NCBI RefSeq assembly: GCF_009914755.1
Contig: NC_060929.1
Reading direction: 5' to 3' (one strand)
DNA: 64,000 bases
From: the human T2T-CHM13v2.0 reference genome, Homo sapiens
Position numbers and translations under genes: made by a program. Shown piece by piece: positions 26,140 to 39,621 of this stretch. Under the pieces are notes generated by a model, which saw only the letters and a program-made list of their open reading frames with translations, was not told the DNA's origin and ran no database searches. How positions within the stretch are numbered: the stretch's first letter is position 1; every line of letters begins with the position of its first letter.

Positions 26140-27155
26140 AAAGTTTTTGAAAATATTCATAAGATAAAAAATTCCAACAAAATAGTATAAGAAAAGAAAA
26201 ACATACATAAATTTGATGAACTATATGAATCTACACATACAAGAAGTTCAACAAACTCTTACAACTCAAAAACAAAAGAAAAAAACCACCCAATTACAAA
26301 ACTTGGCAAAGGATGAGACAATTCTCCATAAAAGATACATGAATGGACAACAGGCACATGGAAAGCTATTCAGTTTCAGTAGTCCTAAGAGCAAGGCAAA
26401 TCAAAACCACTCCATACCCACAAGATGACCCAAGATGACCACAGTGGAAAATTGAAAAACAAAAAGGGAAATAAGAGTTAGTGCAAGTACTGAAAAACCA
26501 GAACCATCTCACATGGTTAGTGAGACTGTAAAATGGTACAGCCATTTTGTAAAACAGATTGGTTGTTCCTCAATAAAGTTAAAATAAAATTACCATATGG
26601 TCTAGCATTTCCTCTTGTAGGTAAACCCAAGCGAATTGAAAACAGTTGGTCAAACACAGACTTGCACTTGAATACTTACAGCAGCACTATTCACAATAGT
26701 TAAAAGGTAGAAACAACTCAAATGTTCACCAGCTGATGACCAGATAAACCAAATGTGCTACATCTATATGGTAGAATAACATTCAGCTCTCAAAAAGAAT
26801 GAAACATATACATGCTACAATGCAGATAATCCTGAAAAACATTATGCTAAGTTAAATCTGCTAGACAAAAACTTGACATAGTGATGCTATCATTTATATA
26901 AAATATTCATAAAAGGCAAAGCCATAGACACAGAGAGCAGATTAGTGACTGCCAGAGGCTGGGGGAGGAGCAAATAGAAAGTGACTGCTGAATCGGTTTT
27001 GGTGTTTTTTTGGAATGTGATTAAAATTCCTGGAATTAGATAGTGATAATTGCTGAAAGACATTGGGAATATATTTAAAGCTGCTGAATTGTAAACTTTA
27101 AATTTCTTAAAATGGTAACTCTTATGTAATGTGTATTTCACCACAATAAGAAAAA
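26140..27155 (+). mobile_element. L1MB-like 3' end preceded by an ORF1-like piece
   Basis: L1MB 3' UTR (gcagattagtgactgccagaggctggggg ... gtgtatttcaccacaataa). NLHIQEVQQT ORF1-like peptide near 26228-26257. Confidence 0.8.
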
Positions 27156-27584
27156 GTCTGAATACTCCTATATTTACATTACAAATCTTCTGTCAAAGAA
27201 AATCCAGCCCCTAACAGATCCAGTGGTGAATTCTTCCAAATATTTAATGCTTCCATTGGAAAAAAGATAGAGTACTCTTTCCAACTTATATTTGAAACCA
27301 ATATAACTTTGACAGAAAAAAACCACAAAGATATCCCAGGAAACTAAAATTATGAAACAATGTGCTTATATTAATGTATCTCCAACACAAGTGAAATAAT
27401 ATATATTTTTAAAAACACAATACCAAAAGATCAGTTTACATTTATTCCATGAAATCAAGGTGGATTTACAGGTTAAAAATCATCACATAACAACCACACA
27501 AAAGGTTAAAATGTGATTATATCAACAAGGAAAATAATATTTGATAGAGTTTAACAGACATTCATTTCAGATTAAAAAAAAACT

Positions 27585-27890
27585 TGGATGATGCTGGAGG
27601 CCATTATCCCTAGCAAACTAACACAGGAAGAGAAAAACAAATACCACATGTTCTCACTTAAAAGTGGGAGGTAAATGATGAGAACTCATGACCTAGAAGG
27701 GAACAACACACACTGGGGCCTTTTGGAGGGTGGAAGGTGGGAGGAGGGAGATGATCAGAAAAAATAACTAATTGGTACTAGATTTAATACCTGGGTGATG
27801 AAATAATCTGTAGAACAAACCTCCATGACACAAGTTTACCTACGTAACAAACTTGCACTTTTACCCCAAACTTAAAAGTTTTTTAAAAAA
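27585..27890 (+). mobile_element. L1PA15/16-like 3' end (5'-truncated)
   Basis: gctggaggccattatcc...gggaggagggagatgatcagaaaaaataact...ccatgacacaagtttacct. Confidence 0.88.
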
Positions 27891-28495
27891 GCAAAAGAGA
27901 ATAGAGGAGTACTTTTTGATTCAAATAAAGGGTTATTTACCAAAAGCCTACAGGAAACATAAGCAATGGAAAAATAAAATCTTCCTCCTGAGATCTGGAA
28001 TATAACCATTTCTCCTCACAATTATACTAGAGAACTTAGCCAAGCTAATCACAAAATAACAAGAAATTGTAGGTTATAAAATGGAATAAGGAAATAAAAC
28101 TGGCATTACTTGCAGAGAAAATGACTACATGTTTTGAGAACCCCAAAATCTGCAGATAAACTGTTAGAATTGACAAGGCTATTTAGCTTCCTATGAAGTT
28201 GATATACAAATATCAATTGTTTGTTAACATAAGAGCAATAAAGAAACAAAGTGAAAATTATTAAAAGGTACCATTCACAACATTATACACAAAATCAAAT
28301 AATTGTAACAATGTAAGAAATCAACAGACACATACACAAAAAATAATTATTAAGATAAGGTTAAGATTTATACAGATAAATGGATATTCTGTGCTCATAT
28401 ATTAGAAGACTCAATAATGTAAATATGTAAATTATTGCTATATTAATGCCAGATACAAATTAAATCTAACCATGATAATAGCCTTCATATGTGTG

Positions 28496-28497
<2 letters not shown>

Positions 28498-28540
<43 letters not shown>

Positions 28541-28562
28541 AGAGAGAGAGAGAAAGAGAGAG
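28498..28562. repeat. (TG)n(GA)n compound microsatellite
   Basis: Directly visible. Confidence 0.95.
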
Positions 28563-28771
28563 TGAAAAGAGACAAAGAGAATTTGTGGTCTGATTTTAAA
28601 ATATATATATAAAGACTTGAGAACAAAAAAACTACTTGAGCAAGAACAAATTTGGAAGAATAATATGAGATATTAAAAATTCTTATGAAACTACTATACA
28701 TTTGACATCATACAGATGCAAGAATAAAAACCAATGGAATAACACAGACAATTTAGAAATATTTCCATCAC

Positions 28772-29071
28772 GGCTGGGCGCGGTGGCTCACGCCTGTAAT
28801 CCCAGCACTTTTGGAGGCCGAGGCGGGCAGATCACGAGGTAGGTCAGGAGATCGAGACCATCCAGGCTAACATGGTGAAAATCCAACTCTACTAAAAATA
28901 CAAAAAATTAGCTGGGCGTGGTGGCGGGCACTTGCAGTCCCAGCTGCTCAGGAGGCTGAGGCAGGAGAATGGCGTGAGCCCAGGAGGCAGAGCTTGCAGT
29001 GAGCCGAGATGGTGTCACTGCACTCCAGCCTGGGTGACAGAGCAAAACTCTGTCTCAAAAAAAAAAAAAAA
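28772..29071 (+). mobile_element. AluY-like element
   Basis: gagatcgagaccatcc, gaatggcgtga and gagcttgcagtg; internal AGGT duplication; TSD core TTCCATCA on both sides. Confidence 0.93.
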
Positions 29072-29210
29072 TTCCATCATATATGTGCATTTTCTTTATA
29101 ACAGGTAACATCATTCATACAGTCAGGGAAGAACAAGCTTTTACAATAAATGGCGTGAGATTAACAGTAAATCTAAATAAAAAAATGTGAAACTTTATCT
29201 CTACCTCATA

Positions 29211-29813
29211 CAGTAATCCCCCTTCCGTATGTGTGGCTTCCTACTCCAGAATTTCAGTTGCCCATGATGAACCTCCATCCAAAAATATTCAATGGAAACT
29301 TCCAGAAATAAACTATTTGTAAGTTTTAAATAGCGTGCAGTTCTGGGTAGCATGATGAAATCTCATGCTGTTCCTCCCAGGATGTGAATAATCCCTTTGT
29401 CTGGTATATCCACAATTTAGATGCTCCCTGTCCATGAGTCATTTGGGAGCTGACTCAGTTGTCAGGTTGACTGTCGCAGATCATCACAGTGCTTATGTTC
29501 AAGGAACCATTATTTTCATTTTATAACGGCTTGAAAGTGCAAAATTAGAGATTCTGGCCATTTGGATATGCCAAAGAGAAAGTGAAAAATGATTTCTTTA
29601 AGTAAAAAGGTGAAAGTTCTGACTTAAGTAAAGAAAAAAGGGTATAGTTAGGTTGCTAAGACACATGGTAAGAATGAATCTTCTATTTGCAAACTTGTGA
29701 AGAAGAAAAATAAAATGTGTGCTTTGTGTATAAAGGACTCAGTACTATCCATGATTTTAGGCGTCTCATGAGGGTACTGGAATATATCCCCTGCAGGTAA
29801 GGGTGGACTACTG
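29211..29813 (+). mobile_element. Tigger7/MER44 internal-deletion DNA transposon
   Basis: TIRs cagtaatccccctt... and ...aagggtggactactg, with TA TSD at 29209-29210 and 29814-29815. Carries decayed Tigger7 transposase 5' sequence (ggatatgccaaagagaa...ggtgaaagttct). Confidence 0.9.
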
Positions 29814-29832
29814 TACCACACATAAAATTGTA

Positions 29833-30142
<310 letters not shown>

Positions 30143-30555
30143 AATTCAGCATCTGCTGTTTATCTAAATGTGAAAAGCAATAAACTAAAAGCTTTCAGAG
30201 GCTAATAGAAAAATACTATTACAAGTGTGTGGTAAGTCAATATTTCGTAAAATAGGAGACAAAAGTCCCTATTGTAATATAGAAATAGAACAGGAGAAAT
30301 TACATTAAATTAAGACCATTTGTTAAACAAAAGGGATCATCAAGAGAGTGAAAATCCACATTTTAATATGAGAGAAGTATTCAATATACATATAACCGAC
30401 AGGGTTTTCATATGCAGAAAACATAACAAAACTTCTTCAAATCACAGCAAAAACAACCAACCAATAAAAGAATAGTGGAGGAAAGAAGTTCAATGAACAC
30501 TTCACAATATTTGAATAATCAAAAACGAAATGGCCACTCATCTTCATTTGTGTAC

Positions 30556-32850
30556 TGATATGGTTTGGCTCTGTGTCCCCACCCAAATCACATCTTGAAT
30601 TGTAATCCCCGTGTATCAAGCGAGGGACCTGGTGGGAAGTGAATGGATCGTGGGGCGATTTCCTCCATGCTGTTATAGTGATAGTGAGTGAGTTCCCATG
30701 AGATCTGATGGTTTAAAAGTGTGGCAGATTCCCCCTTGTTTTCCGTCTCTCTCTCATGCCGCCACATAAGACGTGTCTTGCTTTCCCTTCACCTACTGCC
30801 ATGATTGTAAGTTTCCGGAGACCTCACAAGCCGTGTAGAACTGTGAGGTAATTAAACCTAATTTCTTTGTAAATTTCCTAGTCTCAAGTAGTTCTTTATA
30901 GCAGTGTGCAAATGGACTAATACAGAAAAGTGGTACTGAGAGAGTGAGGTACTGCTATGAAGATATCTGAGAATGTGAAAGCTACTTTAGACCTGAGTAA
31001 CAGGCAGAGGTTGGAAGAGTTTAGAGGGCTTAAAAGAACTCAGGAAGTTGTGGGAAAGTATGGAAGTTCCTAGAGACTTGTTGAATAGATTTGACCAAAA
31101 TGTTGATAATGATATGGACAATGAAGTCCAGGCAGAGGTGGTCTCAGATGGAGATGAAGAACATATTGGAAACTAGAGTAAAGATCACTCTCGCTATGCT
31201 TTAGCACAGAGGCTGGCAGCATTTTGCCCCTGCCCTAGAGATCTGTAGAACTTTGAACTTGAGAGAGATAATTTCGGATATCTGGCAGATGAAATTTCTA
31301 AGCAGCAAAGCATTGGAGATGTAACCTGGCTTTTTCTGAAAGCATAGTCATACACATTCACAAAGAAATGGTCTGAAATTGGAACTTATGTTTAAAAGAA
31401 AAGCAGAGCATAAAAGTTTGAAAAATTTGCAGGAGAAATTCAAGCCACCAGCTGCAGAAATTTGCATAGGCAAAGAGAAGCCGAATGTTAATAGACAAGA
31501 CAATGGGGAAATGTCTCCAGGATGTTTCAGGCATTTTCACAGTAGCCCCTTCATCATAGCCCTGGAGGTCTAGGAGGGAAAAATGGTTTTGTGGGCTGAG
31601 CCCAGGGCCCTGCTGCTCTGTGCAGCTTTGAGACATGGAGTCCCTTGTCCCAGCCACTCCAGCTCCAGCCATGACTGAAAGGGGCCAAGGTACAGCTTGA
31701 GCCATTGCTTCAGAGGGTTCAAGCCCCAAACCTTGGCAGCTTCCACATGGTGTTGGGCTGCTGATGCACAGAAGACAGGAGTTGAGCTTTGGGAGCCTTC
31801 GCCTAGATTTCAGAGGATGTATGAAAATGTCTGGATGTCCAGACAGTAGTCTGCTGCAGGGATGGAGCCCTCATGGAGAACCTCTCCTAGAGCAATGCAC
31901 AGGGGGAAATGTGGGGTTGGAGCTCCCACAGAGAATCCCCACTCGGGCACTGCCTAGTGAAGCTGTGAGAAGAGGGCTACTGTCCTCCAGACCCCAGAAT
32001 GATATATCCACTGACAGCTTGCACCAAGTGCCAGGAAAAAAACTCAGGCTTTCAACACCAGCTCATGAAGGCAGCCACGAGGGCTGTACCTTCCAGAGCC
32101 ACAGGGGTGGAGCATCCCAATGCCTTGTAAGCCTACCTCTTGCATCAGCATTCCTTGAATGTGAGACTTGGAGTCAAGGGAGATTATTTTGGAGCTTTAT
32201 ATGTAATGACTGCCCTGCTGGATTTCATACTTGCATGGGGTCTGTAGCCCCTTTGTTTTGGCCAATTTCTCCCATTTAGAATGGAAGCATGTACCCATTG
32301 CCTGTATTCCCGTTGTACCTTGAAAGTAACTAACATACTTTTGATTTTACAGGCTCATAAGTAGAAGGGACTTGCTTTGTCTCAGATGAGACTTTGGACT
32401 TGGACTTTTGGGTTAAGGCTGGAAGGATTTAAGACTTTAAGGGACTGTTGGGAATGCATAATTGTGTTTTGAAATGTGAAAATTACATGTGATTGGGAAG
32501 GGCCGTGGGAGAATAATATGGTTTGTCTCTGTGCCCCTATCCAAATTTCATCTCAAATTGTAATCCCCACATGCCGAGAGAGGGACCTGGCTGGAGATGA
32601 TTGGATCATGGGGACAGTTTCCCCCATGCTGCTCTTGTGATAGTGAGTTCTCCTGAGAGCTGATTGTTTAAAAGTGTGGCACTTCCCACCTCACTCTCTG
32701 TCGCTCTTGCTTCCATGCAAGATGTGCCTTGCTTCTCCTTTGCCTTCCACCATGATTAAAAGTTTCCTGAGGCCTCCCCAGCCCTGTAGAACTGTGAGTA
32801 ATTTAAACCTTTTTTTTTCTTTATGAATAACTCAAATAGTTCTTCTTTAT
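30556..32850 (+). mobile_element. THE1D-like MaLR element with both LTRs and internal region
   Basis: 5' LTR 30556-30924, internal region 30925-32513 (ORF 31379-31573 resembles the MaLR ORF), purine-rich PPT, and 3' LTR 32514 to about 32850 lacking its terminal ~25 nt. Confidence 0.93.
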
Positions 32851-32939
32851 ATTTTAGTCATTCTGGTGGGAGCATTTCACCATGAATTTTTTTTTTTAAT
32901 TTAGTCATGGTGAAATGCTCCTACCAGAATGACTAAAAT
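32851..32939. repeat. Inverted repeat, 35-bp arms (34/35), 19-nt spacer
   Basis: 32851-32885 versus the reverse complement of 32905-32939; the single difference is G32868 opposite T32922. Confidence 0.97.
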
Positions 32940-35900
32940 TTAAAAAGATGGAAAGTAATAATTTTGGATGAAGAAGGAGAGCAACAGGAAATCATACACA
33001 GGAGATATCATATATTAGTAAAAACACTTTGAAAATTCTTTCCATAAAAATTTCACATAACAGAATTGTATAAAACTGCTAGATACATAATGGTATACTC
33101 TGTATGACTTCATGTATATAAATAAAATGGCAAAATTAATCTGTTTTGATGGCAATCAGAAGAGTGCTTGTTATTGGAATTTTAGGTAGTGTTTAGAGAA
33201 AGAATCATTAGTGTCTATGGTTCTGGTAATATTCTAATTTTTTATCTAGATAATAGTGACACAAGTGTGTGTATTTATTTTATGAAAATACATCAGTCTA
33301 CACATATAAGTTTTATGTGCTTTTCTTAACACATATTTTAGTTTAATTAAAAGCTCCCTAAACAAATGGTAATGAAGGACAAGAAATCAAATAAGATATT
33401 TCTTGCAAACAAATTATTGCTATTTATTATAGAATACTATTTGTATTTTTTCTCTAGGACCTAAAATGAGGTAAAAGTACAACCAAAATTATTATTATTA
33501 TACAACAATAAAAATTTTAATTCACTTCCCACCTGTAATATTCTCATTCCATAATAAAAATGAAATATATAGATAAAAGTTAAGTAAAATTAGGCATATA
33601 TTTTGAGTATATGGTTAACCACATTATATGTGTTTATTAAAAGGAAGGTTTTATGAATTTCCTGTTCAATTTTAGCTTTAAAAATATGATGCTAATGATG
33701 CAAATCACACTTATTAAAATGCCCTTAGAATTGTCAAAAATACATGTTGCTTCATTCTTAACTGCAGGTATATTAACGTTATCATAACTGAAATCATCCA
33801 TCTTTTAGTAAACTAAAATTACCTCTGTTTTAATTATTGCATATGCAACCAACCTTTGTAGATCTCTATCTGTTCATGTTAACAGCCATGGATATATTAT
33901 AGACAAGTAACTTTCTAGGGGAATTAAATATACGTTTGAAATAGGAAATTTAAATCATCCATGAAATTAAACAGTGCTTTAGGGTGGAAAAACTATTGAA
34001 TTATGGATTCTATCCTCCTGTCTTAGATGCTCTGTTTAGATTTCCATGTCAAAGTAAATAATGTCTTATTCTAAAACAAAGTCTTAAGAAGTTTCTTTCT
34101 TATAAGCACTTCCCTTTAACTCACACTATCCCATCATGTAATGCCTGTGCTTTGATTGTTCTGGTAGGACTTTCTGATGCATGATTCTGCTTGCTGTCTT
34201 TGCCATATCTTGTTATGATCCTGTTGGCCTCCTAAAATTCTGTTCTATTTGATTTTTTTTTTGGCTTTCTTTTAATCCCGTATTTGTAGGTTTTTGACTG
34301 AGGAATGAAGGAAAACAGAAAGAAAAGAAAGATAGTAAAGAAGCAGAGAAGGTATTAAGAGATATCTTTTTGTCTGTGTCAATAGTGATATACAAATAGA
34401 AACCTTGTTTTTTGCATCTGTCTTGCCCCTGAGGTAAATGTGACATTCATTTAACACTTTCTAAGGGTTCGAGTTTGTTGTAGATATTGTTTGTTTTTAT
34501 TCTACTTGAATATTTTCTAGTACTAACTATAAAGAGTTGATGTAACAAACATAAACATAAAGTGGAAAATCTTGGTGGAACTACTCTGCAAGTTTCAATA
34601 TGAAATAAATGCTAATAGGTAATAGAATAAAAATGGAAATAGGGCTGATTCTCCCTAGCTACTCATTAAATTTCCTTCAATCTTGTCTAGTAAGGATAAA
34701 TCCACTCAATTCTTTTATTCCCCCTGTAGGCTTGTGGCTTATGCTCCAAGATCCCCAAGAATTATCTTGTGCTGTAGAACATATTAGGAAAATTGTTACT
34801 ACAGATAATATTGCTTTAGTTATTTAAAAGATAGTCAGATAAAATACCTATCCTAGAAAATTTGACTTGGTTTGGTCTCAATCCTTACACATCTTTTTTT
34901 TTTTTTTTTTTGTACGAGAAAGCTTTTGTGATATTTTTGTCAGAGTTAGGAAGAAGCTTATAAAATTCTCTTTAAATTAGAATTTTAAATACTCAAAGCA
35001 TTAGTGGCATGTTTACAATCACTATTTCATAACCTATTCATGAAATTAAAGTTTATTAAGAATTTCTAATAAATCAAATGCCTATGTTGCTTTCAATCCA
35101 AGATATTCAGAGTCATAAATTAAAGCAATGACTAATTCTCCTAAACAGTTTTAAGGAAGACTATCAGGGAAGGATCTCCAGTGTCAGGGGAAGAATCTCC
35201 TAGGAGAAACAAGAAAGAATTAAAAGAATTGGTAGATATTGTTGTGACTAAATATAATGATATAAGAAAAACTATAATTATAAATAGTGTTAGTAAAAAT
35301 ACTATCTAAGCAAGTTCAAATTAAGAATACATACAATTGATGTATAAGTGATTTAGTAGACAAAATGTAAGAGGTGAATGTGAATATCATGAATTTAGGT
35401 TCCCAGTAGACATTCCCGAGGAGGAAGTGCAGAGTCTGAGAGGGGACACTGGTGAGAGCTGTGATGAAGTGGTAAATAGACCTCAGATTAGAGTGATGAT
35501 ATTTTGTTCAAAACAGTTTCAAGAGTGCTGAAAATAAAATTTGTTCATGAGGTGGTATTTTTAAGAAATACATGAGATGGCAAAAATCATACCTAAGAAA
35601 GGAAGAAATTTCTAGGTTTCATTAAATTAGGAAATACGTGATTTTAGAACTTTGAAGTTACATTTAATGATTCTGATTTGCCTTCTTTTACAAAATTGCA
35701 TATGGCAAATAATCTATGTATTTAATTGATGTTGTTTAGTAATAATAGATATGAGTTACAGCAACAATAATAAAAGCTGATATGTAAAGATTAGTATACA
35801 GACTAGATTCTTTGCTTTCAGTAAGTTCACTGCCACATGGCTTTTCGAAGATCGTGTAAATTGGTTAATGAGAATTTTATAAGATAAAGTTTATGAAAGC

Positions 35901-36712
35901 ATCTCCTATTAAGTTTAGAGTGCCATTTCTATGTATTTAGTTATATATATTTATTTTTATTATTACTGTCCTGGTCTAATGAATTGAACATGCCTCTGAA
36001 ATACTAATACTGCTATAGTGGAACATTTCTCTTATAATGCAACTGTGTGGTATTTTTTTCTGCAACATTGTGTTTTTAGACTGAAAGTGCTTATAATCAT
36101 ACACTGTTTATTTCATTCATATATTTTTTCTCTATTTACAAATTCGGCTATGTGCCAAAAAGTTGGGTAATGGACATAGATTAGTTCCAAAAATATTACT
36201 CCTTTTGGTCATACACACATATGTGTGTACACACAAATGCACCATGTGTAAAATGGACATTTAATGATATTATCTCAAAAACTGTAAAATACATATCAGC
36301 TTTAATAATAAGATACATTAATTTCAGGCACATAATGAAGAAATTAATTTTTTTAATTAGTGTGTGTGATTATTTAATTTTCAGATATACATTATTTTCA
36401 AAAAGTGACAGTTATTCATTTTTCTAAAAATATATGTTTAAAATTATACAATTTTGAAATGAAATGTTTTTTTCTACTCACACTAAAACCAACTTCATTA
36501 TTCAATATGAGACAGTAGTGTATCATTTTAACCATCTATGCACATTAGGAGAAATTATTAACCCAAGAGGCCATGTGCTATATTTGATGATGCCTTTTAT
36601 TAATCTGTATTGGCTATATTTTATGTGTCTTAAATACTTCATGGCTTTAAAAGCACCTAAATGTTATTGGTGGCTCATGTATATGGTTTTATGCACTCTG
36701 AATGACTCTTAG

Positions 36713-37217
36713 TTTATTGGTTTTTTATTGTTACTGTAACAGGTTATAACAAACAATAGAAATTGACTATCTAAATGTTTTGGAGGTCAGACATCTAAAA
36801 TGGGCCTAGCTGGGCTAAATTTAATGTCTAAAGAGGGCTGGATTTCCTCTGGAGGCTCTAGAGAAGAATCTTTTGTTCATCTTCCACATTCTAAGGGCCA
36901 ATGACATTTTGTTGCTTGTGGTCCCATCCCTCATCTTCAAAGTCAAAAGCCAGGCAGTGTCCTTCTCATGCTGCCATGCCTCTGACTCTCTCAAAGTTAT
37001 CTATAGCCTTATGCATTTATAAGGATCCCTGTGATTACATTGGTACGACCTAGATAATGTAAGACACAACCGAATGTAAAGGTCAGCTGATTAACAATCT
37101 TAATTCTACCTTCAAGCTTAATTCTCTTTTGATATGAGACTAACACATTTACTGGCTCTAGATTTTAAGATGTGAACATTTCGGGAGGTGAGAAAAAGCA
37201 TTATTCTGCCTTCCATG
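36713..37217 (-). mobile_element. MLT1D MaLR solo LTR
   Basis: ctggaggctctagagaagaatc, gtgattacattgg and aaggtcagctgattaacaatcttaattc motifs. Confidence 0.85.
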
Positions 37218-37427
37218 TCTAACAGTGTCTAAAGGTGAATCATTAATAGTAAATATAAATAAATAATTGTCCTCCAAATTATGGCAGTGATAGTGAAATT
37301 GAAATTGTCACAATATAAAACTTCATACAATGTGAAAACAGTATATAATTTCATAACACTTTGTTATATGCTATGTATTGCATGTTTATTCTTAATGAAA
37401 ACTGTTGTATAAAATTAGATTTAATCT

Positions 37428-38056
37428 AATGCTTTAGACTGTTGGTGGGAATTTAAGTTAGTTAAACCATTGTGGAAGAAAATGTGGTGATTCCTCAAAG
37501 ACCCAGGACCAGAAATACCGTTTACCCAGCAATCCCATTACTGGGTATATACCCAAATAAATAGAAATCATTCTATTATAAAGATATATGCACAAGTATG
37601 TTCATTGCAACACTGTTCACAAGAGCAAAAACATGGAATCAACCCAAATGCCTATCAACAATAGACTGAACAAAGAAAATGTGGTACATATACACCATGG
37701 AATACTATGCAGCCATGAAAAGGAAGGAGATTATGCTTTTTGCAGGGACATGGATAGAGCTGGAAGCTATTATCCTCAGAAAACTAACACAGGAACACAA
37801 AATCAAACACTGCATATTCTCACTTATAAGTGGGAGCTGAAACTATGAGAGCACATGGACATAGGGAGGGGATAAACACACACTAGGACCTCTCAGGGGA
37901 GGGCGGGAGGTGGGGAGACCATTAGGAAAAGGAGCTAATGCATGCTCAGCTTAATTCCTAGGTGATGTGTTGACAGGTGCAGCAAACCACCATGGCACAT
38001 GTTTACCTATATAACAAACCTGCACATGTATCCCAGAAACTTAAATAAAGTAAAAT
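37428..38056 (+). mobile_element. L1PA11-13-like 3' end (5'-truncated)
   Basis: ORF2 end plus 3' UTR. TSD ATTAGATT(T/C)AATCT at 37414-37427 and 38057-38070. Confidence 0.9.
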
Positions 38057-39031
38057 ATTAGATTCAATCTGAATTATGGAGTTTCAGTGTCTGAGCAGGA
38101 AATGGCAGAAATTTTTGGATAAAATTTCTTATGCAATTTCATCAATGTTTCAATTTATCCATGGACTAAAGTAAATTTTATCTTTGGTTTTGAGTGCCCA
38201 ATCAGAATAATATTTAAAGATTTTTAACCTGTCCTTTATTTTTATCTAGCCACATACACATGCATACATATCTAAAAAATCCTTACCATCTCTGAGTTAA
38301 TCATACGCCAATGCCAATAATAAGTTCAAACATTTGACAGGATCAGGATAATTTAGTTAATGTAAAAGTATTTTTTGAGAAATAATTTGTCAGCCTATGC
38401 TCAATGAAGATAATTGAGCCCTCTACTTATTTTATAGTAAAGAGAAACTGGTTACTGAAAATTTTACAAGAATTTAAGAAGCATAGCTTAAAGGAATCAT
38501 GTATGAAGAAAATATATGAAGGCATGGATTAGAAAAATCATGGAAGCAGCAGCCTCCAGGTCATGGAACTAGACTCTGAAAATCTCAGCCTGAATTAGTG
38601 CTTTTCAGAAAATAATAAAATTCTCAAGAATTTTTTAGAAAACTCCCATTAAGTATTTCAGTCTGCAGCACCAAATGAAAGGTGCTCAAATATACCCAAA
38701 GAAGTCTCTGAAATTTCAATAAGTCCTTATACCTAGCTGAAACTACCTCAGAAAATAATAGCTTTACTTCTTGTTTATCTTTCCAATTTCCCATGACTTT
38801 CTTTTCTCATTGCCAAATTCCATCCTGAAAATACAGGGATAGAAATTCTGGGAAATGGAATTTTCTTGTTTTAATGTAAAGTGACTTAAAAAGATCTGGT
38901 GATGGCCCCAGGTGATGGTACCAAGTAGACTACAGATAATCCAGAGTATGGTTATATTTTAGATATTGAGAAGGTGCTAGGAACATAAGCATCGTCAAGA
39001 CAAAACTTCCCCTGCACTGAGTGTTGTTTTC

Positions 39032-39087
<56 letters not shown>
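39032..39087. repeat. (CT)n(CA)n compound microsatellite
   Basis: Directly visible. Confidence 0.95.
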
Positions 39088-39088
<1 letters not shown>

Positions 39089-39621
39089 CACTCACTTTCC
39101 AGTGGGGAATGAGTGGATAATTAGTAATTAATAAAAGTAGAGTTATTTTATAGAGGATGAGAACACAAAGGGCCGCATAATCAATCCATTTGTGACATGT
39201 GTAGTCTAGTTGTAGGGTGATGGAAATATGTTAAGTGACTACAGTGGCTGGATATGAATTTCTAGAATATTGGTGCCTTGGAGATATCATACGGAGATCA
39301 ACTTGAAAAATGCTTTAGAGTTGGCAATTTGAAGATAGGGCTCCAGTAGCAGGTTGGGTTATATGATCATTAACTGAACAAAGAGTTAGTGGTTAGAATT
39401 GTTACCTCTTCTTAACTTTTCTCAATTAAAGGAATAGGTTTTAAAAATTCATTAGGTGAGGAGAAAATCAGTCAGTAATGAATTGAAGGTCTGTAACTTG
39501 GGAAGTTTGATGGGTTGGGATGTCATTTCACAAAAGGAAAAACAGCAATAACAAGTATGAAGAAAGAGACAATTAATTGAGTTTTGTGCACAGAGTTCTT
39601 CAGGAACTGGTGAAATCTTCA

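Noticed and set aside
31764-32279. Longest ORF (171 aa) as a gene
   Set aside because: Lies wholly in THE1D internal sequence, which commonly yields such open frames; the MaLR ORF is fragmented here.
33458-33470. 13-nt microexon (ttttttctctag|...|gtaaaa)
   Set aside because: Weak donor, frame-shifting length, no supporting context.
37428-38056. L1 3' end as the displaced tail of the L1 at 39622-42646
   Set aside because: It has its own TSD and looks like a different subfamily, so it is an independent insertion.
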